Shown here: positions 22,037 to 32,000 of the stretch, in pieces | Position numbering within the stretch: the stretch's first letter is position 1 | Layout of the letters: each line of letters begins with the position of its first letter | Source of the DNA: Zygophlyctis sp. KS116 | Taxonomy: Eukaryota > Fungi > Chytridiomycota | Reading direction: 5' to 3' | Assembly: GCA_054661495.1 (NCBI GenBank) | Contig: BAAFSQ010000003.1 | Coordinates: forward strand, 72,579 to 104,578 | DNA: 32,000 bases | Notes under the pieces: model-generated | Told to the model about the DNA's origin: nothing | Database searches by the model: none | Seen by the model: the letters and a program-made list of their open reading frames with translations, nothing else | Made by a program: the position numbers and the translations under genes

Positions 22037-23050
22037 ATGTACAGATCAATTGTAAATCCTGCTTCGTCTCGTTCATACTCATCAATTAATTCTCATCATG
22101 TTGGTTTCATCGGACTGGGACAAATGGGATATCCGATGGCTTCTAATCTAGCACTTAAACTGGGGCATTCTTCCTTTAGAGTCATGGATACACATACTGC
22201 TAGTGCTGATAAATTTGTAAAAGAACTTGGATCAAAAGGAAAAATGGTTACATTTGCAACGTCTTTTGATGATTTTAAGAATTGTAATGTAATAATTACA
22301 ATGCTACCAGCAGCCGCACATGTAAGAGAAGTTGTAAAGTCTCTCATTCCAAATTTGAAACCAGGATCATACCTAATTGACTCTTCTACGATTGATCCCG
22401 ATACTTGTAAATGGGTTAAAGAATCTGCTAAGAATGTGACAGTCTTTGATGCTCCAGTAAGTGGAGGAACGCCAGGTGCAATTGCAGGAACTTTAACTTT
22501 TATGGTTGGATCAAGTACAAAATCAGACTATGAGAATGTTATTCCAATTTTACAAGGAATGGGAAAAAATATTGTATATTGTGGTGGAAATGGGATGGGT
22601 CAAGTTGCAAAGATTTGTAATAATATGATGCTTGGGATATCAATGATTGCAGCTTCTGAAACGTTTGCTTTAGGATCTTCTCTAGGAATGGATCCAAAGC
22701 TATTAGCATCGTAAGAAATAATATAATAATAATAGGATTATAAACACGAGTACAGGGCGTTGTTGGTCTACAGACTCTTACAATCCTGTTCCAGGTGTCT
22801 TACCAAATGTACCCTCTTCTAGAGGTTATACAGGAGGTTTTGGAAACAAGTTGATTGCAAAAGATTTGGGATTAGCAGTAGAAGCAGCTAAATCCTGTTC
22901 TTCATCAATATTTATGGGTGGTATGGCTCATCAAGTAATTTCTTTTGCCAAATAATGTATTAGATATTTACGAAATTATCACTTGATCCGAAATTTGAAA
23001 ATAAGGATTTTTCTTCAGTTTATGAATGGATAAATAAGCCTAAGTCATGA
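22037..23050 (+). CDS. HIBADH: 3-hydroxyisobutyrate dehydrogenase
   Basis: GFIGLGQMG, DAPVSGG, AKICNN, STGRCWS and KDFSSVY motifs. Introns 22711-22735 and 22935-22963. Stop TGA 23048-23050. Confidence 0.94.
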
Positions 23051-23408
23051 ATGATTGCCCACATCCACACATTTCTTTGATGTTTGGGTTATTAAATACA
23101 AATTGACTGGAAAGTTTATCTTGAATGTAGTCCATCTCTGATCCTATTAAAGAAAATAATGCTTTTGAATCTATAAGAATTTTGATATCATCCTGCACTA
23201 CAATTTCATCCCATTTCATTGGATCTTTAATATACTCTAGAGAATATGATTGTCCAGAACAACCTTTTTTCTTTACAGATATCCGCAATAGCGATGCCTC
23301 TTTTGCATATAATTCCCTGAGTCTATTCATAGCTGCAGGCGTAAGAGTTATCAGGGCCTTTTTGGATAAAAGTTTGGATTTCGTTGTCAATGTTCTCAGA
23401 AAAGACAT
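23040..23408 (-). CDS. ISA1: Mitochondrial A-type Fe-S carrier Isa1/ISCA1
   Basis: GCSG, GSEMDY and FVFNNPN...CGCGQSF motifs. Confidence 0.95.
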   Translation of the reverse strand: MSFLRTLTTKSKLLSKKALITLTPAAMNRLRELYAKEASLLRISVKKKGCSGQSYSLEYIKDPMKWDEIVVQDDIKILIDSKALFSLIGSEMDYIQDKLSSQFVFNNPNIKEMCGCGQSFMT

Positions 23409-23424
23409 TAGGGGTCATCGTAGG

Positions 23425-25119
23425 TTAATTCATGGTTGTATTTTTCAACATCTTTTTGACTTTTTTGAACGATGGTCTTGCTAAATGAGATTGATGCCAG
23501 CATTGATTTACTAGATTATTAAATTCTGGTGTCCAATTATCTGGACCTAGGATGGCTGGGCGGAATCCTTTGCAAACATTTTCTGCAATTGTCCGACGTG
23601 GTACGCTCTTCCAAGGCTTTCTTCTAGTTGCGATTTCCCATAAAATTATCCCAAATGCATACACATCCTGACTTTTAGTAGGATCGTGATTTTCTTTTGT
23701 AAAAGCTTCAGGGGGAAGCCATTGTATGGTTCCTTCGTTTGCGCTTGCATCTTCTGCAGTATCATCTGTTTTAAGAGATTTATATTTCCTTCGCAACTCT
23801 TTAGATATTCCAAAATCTGCTACTTTTAAGTTTCTGTCTTTATCTACTAAAACATTTAAAGATTTTAAGTCAACATGTAGTATTGGTGGGGTTCGATCAT
23901 GCATGTGGCAGAGAGCATCGGCAATATTAGCAGCAAATCTATTTTTCTCCTCATTTGTAATGTTTTCATCTGATCCTAAAAGGCTGAAAAGGGATCCATT
24001 TTCCATATATTCCATGACAATAAATAAATTTGGAGGATCTACACCAAATCCCATTATATTGATTATATTAGGATGTCGCAGACCCATCATAATTGCAACT
24101 TCATTACTAAAAGTTTTATATTCATTTTGATTATTTAAGCTACTGGATTGAGATTTTTTCGGTTCTATTTCTATAGAATTTTTAAAGTATTTGATTGCAA
24201 CTGGTAATCCTAGCCAAACACTTTTATAAACATTTGAATCTTTTCCAAATCCCACTTTTTTTTCCAATAGAATTTCATTCTTCACAATTGACCCATGATC
24301 TGCTTTATTTACTAATACACGAACGAAGTCTTTCATCGCATCCTTAAAATTGAATTCTTTCAGCTGCTCTGGATCAATATCAAAAGCATCTTTAATAAAC
24401 TGTTGAGGATCTGTAGGAATCAATTTGTATTGTTCCTTCAAAACGTACTAAACTTAATTTATCAAAAATCTTACCTTGTATAAAACTTGATTATTCTGAG
24501 TAACAACTATTCCGGGAGCTTGCCAAATTATACTATTTTTATCGAAACCATACTGTTTAATAAATAAAGGCATTCGCAATCTAATATAGTTCATAATTTC
24601 AAGAAACGCATGATGTTTCGACATACTTTTCCATTTACTAGTACCCTCTTCCCTTGTTGTTAAAAGTAATCCAAACTTTCTTTCTAAGAAGAGATAGAGG
24701 AATAATTTAAATAAGTCCACTTTTCCTAATGTATTTCCAATACCAAAAAACCGATATGATTCTCTTGTTTGATCAAGATAAAGTTCTCCGGGCAGTGGTT
24801 TTATACCATCTATTGATAGCGTATTTAGCCAGTAAGCAAAACTTTGGATAAATATATTGACTTCGCTTAGATCTAATGCGCAAGAGATAAAAACAACCTT
24901 TATATCTGCTCTTTCTAATACAGGTCTTAAATGATGAAATAAAATAGCATAAGTATAACATGTTGGGCAATCGAACCTGCGCATAAAGATAAACACAGTC
25001 TTCTTGTCTTTACATATAGATGATATAGAGATCCTTTCTCCGCTTACTCTTTGAACAAATATGGAATCGGCTTTAGACCAATCAGGCTGCTGATAAGATG
25101 TTGGATAGATCTTTGCCAT
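23425..25119 (-). CDS. Peroxiredoxin-like (AhpC/TSA-2, PRXL2-type) domain fused to a TKL-group protein kinase
   Basis: A 27-nt phase-0 intron 24448-24474 joins ORF 24454-25125 (FMRRFDCPTC, LYLDQTRESYRFFG, WQAPGIVV) to ORF 23425-24441 (GFGKDS, VAIK, LRHPNI, HVDLKSLN, DFG, WLPPE). First ATG is 25119. Confidence 0.8.
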
Positions 25120-25159
25120 TTGCAAGAAAAGACCGTACGAAAATCCGGGAAATTAGACG

Positions 25160-28100
25160 ATGACGTCTTACAAAATGACTGATCATAAAGAAGCTTATTC
25201 AGATCAAGATTTGTTTCCTGGATGGAACTTTGAAGTTACCAAAGAGGAAAAGATTATTACCCAACCGGTGAAATTATTGCAGGAATCGCTTCAAAAACTC
25301 TCACAAGATGAAAGAAGAGCGTTCGAAAAGGCAGTTATAACTAAACATACTAAATATGGAGCTATAAGCATGTTTAAAGGGGTGGAAGAAATTCATTTCG
25401 CAAAATTAAAAGCATTGGCCAAAACCGAAATTACAAGAATTCGGACATGTATTGATCAATGCGAAAGTGAGATAGCAAAATTAGAGAAGAAATTGGCAGA
25501 AAGTAGAGTAAGAATTTATTTATCTAAATTTAGATTACAGTGAGTAGATCAGCAAGGGAGATTGAAAGACTTGAAAAAGAACTTGTGAATATCTTTCCAC
25601 AAGTTATTAAACCATTCAAGGACTTGCATCATTTAAACAGTAACAATTTAGAATTTTCTGATCTACCAAATGATCCTAGATTACTATTAAACAAAAAATA
25701 CAAGATTTTAAAATCGGACATTTTAAAACTGGTTGCTTTGCAAGAAGAATGTATCCAAAATATTCCTGCTATTGAAGAGAAATTAGGACCAGCAAGACAC
25801 TATCTGGCAGGACTCCGTATCCAAGAATTGGAATTAAGACCGTTGGATGATCAGCTAGATAAAATTGATTTACAAGAAAAAATCGAGAAAGATATTGTTG
25901 AAAGGTTTAAATTGGATCAGCAAGAGAAAAGAAAAGTGGCTGAAAATGAAAGATCAAGAAAAATTACTGAAGCTTTGGAGATTAAAAGAATCAATGACAA
26001 AATGACGCAAGACCAGAAGGACATTGAATTAAAAGAGAAAAGGAAGCTGTTGATGGAAATGCTAAAAGTAGAGATTCATAAAGTAAATTATTTTCTCATA
26101 ATGTTTAAGATTGAAGAAAAAAAGAGGCAGGACCGAGAAAAAGAAATTGAAGCAAAGAACAAAATACTTTTTGCAGTTGACAAATTGAATCAAAAAGTCT
26201 CTAAAATAAAAAAAGGGATTGTTTCTTCAACTGTTAAGCAAAACAAAATTGGACCTGATTCTGGAATAGATATAATTAAACAGAAAATTCGTGCAAAGGA
26301 AATCAAATCCGAATTTGAAAAACAAAAAAAAATTGAAGCTATGGAAAGAAGAAAAATGGCGATACTAGAAAAGCTTATACAAGAAAATGAAAGGAATAAG
26401 AAAAGTAACCGCATCGCCAAAAGTGTTCCTTTCCCAAAAGAAACATCCGTGTTGAATCAAGAGATTGGCGAAAAAATTAGGAAAGAAATTCCTTCAGTTT
26501 CTTGCGATGAATCTAAACTACTCGCTGCCTTACCGATGGAAAGGAAAAGATTACCTCCGCCAAGGCATAAGCATATTCCTGTCAAATTAGAAACTCTGGA
26601 TCTTGATGGCCCCCCATTTGAAATCTCTAAAACTTCGGTGGATTTTGTAGACTATGACCCATGTAAAAAATATTCCCAGAAGATAGATATTGTAAATATT
26701 TCGAGAAGGGTTAACACTTTCAAAGTACAATCTTTCCCGCTAGAGTACACGGATATTTTTTCTTTCAAAATCGATCCCCCTGGATATGTCAATCCTGGAA
26801 TGAAAACACATGGTATAATTTTTTTTCATCCACATTCAAAAACCTTTTCTGAAGATATTGATACTCATCTGATACTTGTCGCTGAGTGGGGAGGAAGTGT
26901 TACTATTCCCATATCATGCAAGAAGAAACGCTCAAATCCTGTTTTTAAATCAGTTTGCGGTCCAGGATACTACAAGCAATCTTTCTTAACAACTGATAAT
27001 GACAACAAATCGCTTGCGGTTTCCCCAAGAATTAATTCGACGTCTTTGACATCACGGGATAACCTAATAGTAGATTTTGGGGAATGTACCGAAGGAGATC
27101 CTCGTTGTCTTACAGTAGAAATCGAAAATCAAGGCGCTCTTCCTTGTGAATATCTTGTCAAAGCTCCAGAATGCGAATTTGAAGACTATGTTTATGAACT
27201 TGATTGCGAACGGGAATCGAGCTTAGCTGGATATGGAAAAATGAAAATTAAAATTACTTTCACATCTGGTATATTAGACCATACTTCAAAAAAAGAGCTT
27301 GAAAACGAGCAAAATTTCTTAAATTATAATTTCTCTATTGAATATGGAAATGGCTCAAAGCTCAATGTGAGCTGTACAGGTTCTAGAGCTAAGTCTTCGA
27401 TCCAAGTTGAACCAAATATAGCTAATTTCGATTTGTGCTGTGTCGGACAGACTTACAGGCAAAAGCTCATCATAATTAATCATATCAATATATCAACAAA
27501 AATCTGGATAACAGCAGAAGGCGTAGGAAGTAATTTAGAGCTGAATCGATTATCTATTCAATCAGATCGGATAGGAGATATTGAAATTCACCCCTCAATA
27601 GCATTCGTGCAAGGTAATGATCGCTTTCCGATCTGGCTTAGCATCATACCTAATTCAAAGGCCGCTGAAATATCGAATGATGGTGATAATGAATTTGAAT
27701 TATCCATTCGGGTCAACTACATCCAAAAAGATGGAAAGAAAAATTATACACCAGTCTTCATTACTGGTAGAATCACTGGAAATAAACTAAATCTGTTGGC
27801 AATGGATAATGATTGCGGGGAAAATATTTTGGATTTTGGAAATGTTTCGTCACTGCAATGCAAATACCAGGGCTTACAAATTGAAAATGCATCAAGAGCA
27901 CCTCAAGAAGTGGAATTGTCGTCTAATGATCCACGAATCATAGTTTTATCTGATGACAAAAAGACTTGTGTTGAGAATTTCATCTTGCAGCCCAAATCAA
28001 TGCTCATCACAGCTGTGCGATTTGAGCCCGATTGCTACGGACCATTTTTAAGTTACATCACGGCGAAAAATAGGTTTAATCAAAAATTCAAGATCAATGT

Positions 28101-30162
28101 TCGAGGTTTTGGACAAGTTCCGCCTCTTAAGTTTCTCAGCGATCAATATCTGTTTCCTGACATATCCGAAGGTACCCAGAAAACTACGATATTTATTTTG
28201 AAGAGAAATGGTTTTAATCCTGATGCAAATATTGACTATTTGTTCGAATTTGGGGAACCTTTTCCTGATTCTTCAAATAGAGGTAGTGGAATTCTAACCG
28301 ATCCCATTTTGCGAATTTGTCCTCAACATGGGGTTTTTTCCGGCAAAAAAACTGTACCAATAGAAGTCGCCTTGACACCTACCAAATTAAGAAAGGAATT
28401 TTCCAAAACAGGGAATACAGATCAAATAATTAAGGAAGAGTCGGCAGCATCTGAAATTGTTTATAATTCAGCTCGAAATGAATCATTTTTCATATCATAT
28501 ATTGTGCCTTGTTATTTGAAGCAACATCTGTCTGAATCAGATCGTATGATTACACTTTTGGAGGGGAGTGTACCTGAAAGAGCCAAAAGTGGAAATGTAA
28601 AACAGAAACTGGATCCCAGTGCTTCGGTTATATATTTCAAGATATCAGCAAACATATTCCCACCCGAAATCGTGCTATGTGATTCCTCTCAAGAAAAAAT
28701 CGATTTCGGAATGATTCCACTTGGAGAAAAGAATATAAAATCCTTTTTCGTCAAAAATGTCTCGGATCACAATATTATTTTAAAAAGCAAAGGTCTTAAT
28801 CCCTCTGGTGGATTTTTTTTAGCCAAAGCACTCAGAGAAATTAATCCAGGACAGATATTTGAGATTATGATGGCTTTTAGGCCAGATTCCGCTCATGTTT
28901 ATATGGAATATTTTGAACTCATCACATCTAAAACTACATTGAAAGTCAAGTTGGACGGTGAAGGTATCTTTCCCGAATTATATATCGAAGCTAATGATCG
29001 ATCGCTCGAATTTGATAATACAATTATTGGTGAAACTTCAGTCCGCAAAATTAAAATTTGGAATAAGAAACATTACAAGATTTCATTTATAGCAGAACTG
29101 GTATCACTTCTCCCTGTTTCAGGGAAGAATATATTTGCTTATTCCAACTGGAATTACAAAGAATCTTTCAGTATAAATCATAAGAGAGCTATTCTCGATC
29201 CGAATTCGTTTTTGGATCTCGAAATATGTTTTCAACCTAGCTTAGAAACCGACAATTACTTTGATATTTTAAGGTTATGTGTTAATGGAAATAAATGCCC
29301 TTTGGATATCACGCTCTTGGGAAGAGGATGGGAATCTTCGTCATTCTTGTCTGGATACGAGTTAGAAGCGAATTCACTGCAAAAAATAGCTGCAGACAAA
29401 AGCTATGTTCAGGATCTCAAGAATGCGACTGGAATAGAAAGCTTTTCTTTTCCCGATGCAACAGGAAAAGGAACTGTTATTGATGAGGAAAATTTGGCGA
29501 TTTTGGCTCAACCACCACATAAAAATGATATTTATTTTTCAACTTTGACTTGTAACTGGAAGAAACGTGTCTCTGATCTTTCTGAAGAAAATTGGGAGTT
29601 GGATTTAAAGGAAATCATGATTATGAACGTAAAACCTTCCGGACTTAAATTGGAATCTGGGAAACGTTCAACTGACTGTGAATTTCTTATTGAACCTATA
29701 GAATCTACATTCAAGTACAATAGCGACTTAGATATTTTCGTTATGGAAAGATCAGCATATTCACCTACTGATACACATTTTACGTTTGACGTGTTGAGAG
29801 GGAGTGTACCACTAGATTCTTCTCTTCATATTAAGCTGAATGTAGTCAATCCAATCAAAAGCTACTGGCAGGAATTTCATGAAAAATGGGCTCAATATGG
29901 CGCGGTTTCAAATGCAAATTTTGAAGGACTTTCTGAATCTGATTCTAATGAGACTTGTATTATTCATCCAAAATTTCAAAAGCAAGTGGATGCAATAAAA
30001 ACAAGACTTTCATCATATTTAGTCTCAAAACCTGTACATATTGAATCTTGCTTTAGAATCACGCTCAAGGGAGGATATAGATATACAGATCCGAAAGGTC
30101 CACTGTCTCCTTACGAATCCAGAATTTGGATACTCAAAGTGATTTCAAAAATCCCAGAATAA
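25160..30162 (+). CDS. CFAP74: Cilia- and flagella-associated protein 74 (coiled coil plus multiple ASH/Ig-like domains)
   Basis: N-terminal coiled coil, then PF...VDFVDYD...Y.QKI.IVNIS..VNTFK...PPGYVNPGM and repeated DFG-type ASH domains. Intron 25508-25533 joins the two ORFs. Probable in-frame intron at 26083-26109. Confidence 0.82.
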
Positions 30163-30177
30163 TCTTACTATTAAATT

Positions 30178-31446
30178 TTATAACTTTCTTATTATCATCC
30201 ACGCCAAAAGAGCCGCAATGATACCTAATATCCATTCCTTTTGAAATGATCTAACCACTTTTGACTTTTTCGTGACTTTACCAAGAGGTGCAGACCTACT
30301 CGAACTTAATCCAAAATCTTCTAAATCTCCAACACTATCACATTTTGAGCTTGAAACCACCAATTGCCCACAAGCAGAGGCAATGTCTTGCCCTAGTTCC
30401 TGTCTTTGCAGCGTATGAATGCCATATGTTTTAACAATGTCAACGAATTTACGAGTAGATGCAAGAGATGGTGATTTATAATCAAAAGGAACATCAGTCG
30501 GATTATAAGGAATCACATTTAAATAGACATCTTTTCCAGCCAGCAACTGACCTAATTCATGAGCGACTTCTTCTGAATCATTAACATTATCAATCAAAAC
30601 ATATTCCACAAGAACATGCCTTTTCCTATTAGCAGAAACAATATTTTTGTTTTGATTATCAATAAAATCAACTGTAGCATCCATAATTTTACTAATATTC
30701 CATGCTTTTGCAGTTGGAACAATTTTTAATCTTAATTTTTGATTAGGAGCATGTAATGAAAGAGCCAGTCCAATTTGAGGAGAATCTTTAATTAGTGATC
30801 TTATTCTTGGGACAACACCAACAGTACTTATAGTAATTCTTGATGGTGATAATCCAAATCTTCCAGTATCAGTCATTGCCTTTATTGCCAATAAAACCTG
30901 ATCATAATTATCTAATGGTTCTCCCATCCCCATAAAAACCACATTTCTAATTTTTTCAATTTTATTTGCATGCATCAACTGCTCTAGTATTTCTCCAGAA
31001 CTCAAGTTTGCCACTAGACCCATTGTCCCAGTTGCACAAAACGTACAACCCATTGAACAACCCACTTGTGATGAAACACATAATGTAGCTCTCTTATTTG
31101 ATTTAAAAGAATCTTTAAGTTCTTTCTTTGGAAACTTTTCCAGTTGAACCATTCCATATCTCATTATACAACTTTCAATCTTTTTCCCATCTTGCAATTG
31201 AATTAAAAGTTTAGTTGTAGATCCATCTCTAGCATCCGATCTACTCTTCACTATGGAAGTACTTGCTGTAAACTTTTGTAAAACTTGACCAACTTTTTCA
31301 GACACTTGAATCTTTTCCAAATCCATTCCTTGTTGAATAAATAATCTCCATATGTGAGATGCATGCAAATGCTTGATTCCTACCTTGTCAAATTCCTCTA
31401 AAAGTGTTGCATCTAATATTGGCAATGGATTCAAGTCTCTTTTCAT
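30178..31446 (-). CDS. rlmN: RlmN/Cfr-family radical SAM RNA methyltransferase with C-terminal hydrophobic tail
   Basis: LCVSSQVGCSMGCTFCATG (CxxxCxxC), VFMGMGEP, ALSLHAP, NVIPYNP and DIASACGQL motifs. No introns. Confidence 0.92.
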   Translation of the reverse strand: MKRDLNPLPILDATLLEEFDKVGIKHLHASHIWRLFIQQGMDLEKIQVSEKVGQVLQKFTASTSIVKSRSDARDGSTTKLLIQLQDGKKIESCIMRYGMVQLEKFPKKELKDSFKSNKRATLCVSSQVGCSMGCTFCATGTMGLVANLSSGEILEQLMHANKIEKIRNVVFMGMGEPLDNYDQVLLAIKAMTDTGRFGLSPSRITISTVGVVPRIRSLIKDSPQIGLALSLHAPNQKLRLKIVPTAKAWNISKIMDATVDFIDNQNKNIVSANRKRHVLVEYVLIDNVNDSEEVAHELGQLLAGKDVYLNVIPYNPTDVPFDYKSPSLASTRKFVDIVKTYGIHTLQRQELGQDIASACGQLVVSSSKCDSVGDLEDFGLSSSRSAPLGKVTKKSKVVRSFQKEWILGIIAALLAWMIIRKL

Positions 31447-31481
31447 TTGTTAAAAAAAAGATCTAGTTCTAGTTTGAGGTG

Positions 31482-31975
31482 ATGAAGCTCATAATTTTCG
31501 GCGATGGAAACTTCTCATTCTCTCAGTGTTTAGTTGAGCGATACAAAAAAGATGCAGAATTTGTTTTGGATTGGCTTGGAATTACTGACTCTAACATTTC
31601 CAAACTCAAAACTTGTTCATTAGACTCTTGTTTGGGTTGAGATAGATTATGATATTAATGCATTAGAGTTGTCAGATTCTTTTAAGCATTATGATCTCTA
31701 TATTTGGAATCATCCGCATTCCTAATTTACATTCGAAATTGTTATTTAATTTCTTTTCTTCAATGTCGAAATTAAATGCGAAAAAAGTGTTGGTTTCTTT
31801 AATACAAGGACAATTTGAAAGATGGGATGTTTTACTAATTCATATGATTTTGGCTAAAATGGATTTAGAGACTCATTTAAAGGCAATTCATTTAAAATTC
31901 GAGGAAAAGGGTTAGTTTTATTAGGATGTAATCGTCTATTGGGTTGTGCCTATGAGGGATTATGAAATCTTTTTT
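31482..31975 (+). pseudogene. Disrupted Bmt5/FDXACB1-like (DUF2431) methyltransferase
   Basis: MKLIIFGDGNFSFS, YDLYIWNHPH and LLFNFFSS..VLVSLIQGQFERW lie in three different frames. No GT-AG intron is available for the shift after NHPH. Confidence 0.5.
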
Positions 31976-32000
31976 ATTAAAATCAATTGATCTAATCAGC

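Noticed and set aside
25111-25126. Possible RFX X-box upstream of CFAP74 (TTTGCCATTTGCAAG)
   Set aside because: It has several mismatches to GTTNCCATGGNAAC and is partly constrained by the kinase start codon.
318-30162. Interpreting the fragmented ORFs as pseudogenes, programmed frameshifts or an alternative genetic code
   Set aside because: Each break is resolved by a short GT-AG intron, and intronless genes end normally at standard stops.
10663-31446. Fe-S gene cluster (GRX5, ISA1, radical SAM)
   Set aside because: The genes are 7-12 kb apart among unrelated genes, which is compatible with chance.

Overview
This is gene-dense, AT-rich eukaryotic nuclear DNA in the standard genetic code. 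It is most likely from a zoosporic (chytrid-like) fungus: fungal-type CHO2, FYV4 and SEC14 occur alongside the flagellar gene CFAP74, a TKL kinase and SWEET transporters. About 25 genes are packed with gaps mostly of 0-100 nt, including abutting and overlapping CDSs. The fragmented ORF track is explained by 36 inferred GT-AG introns of only 20-34 nt (mode 25 nt). Main points of interest: a peroxiredoxin-like (CxxC) domain fused to a non-RD TKL kinase; two secreted paralogues sharing a 354-nt identical block; a secreted tandem BPI/TULIP protein; a degenerate CHO2; a tail-anchored RlmN-family radical SAM enzyme; and recurrent short promoter motifs. All gene models were built by hand from the sequence and remembered family motifs. 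No database search was run.
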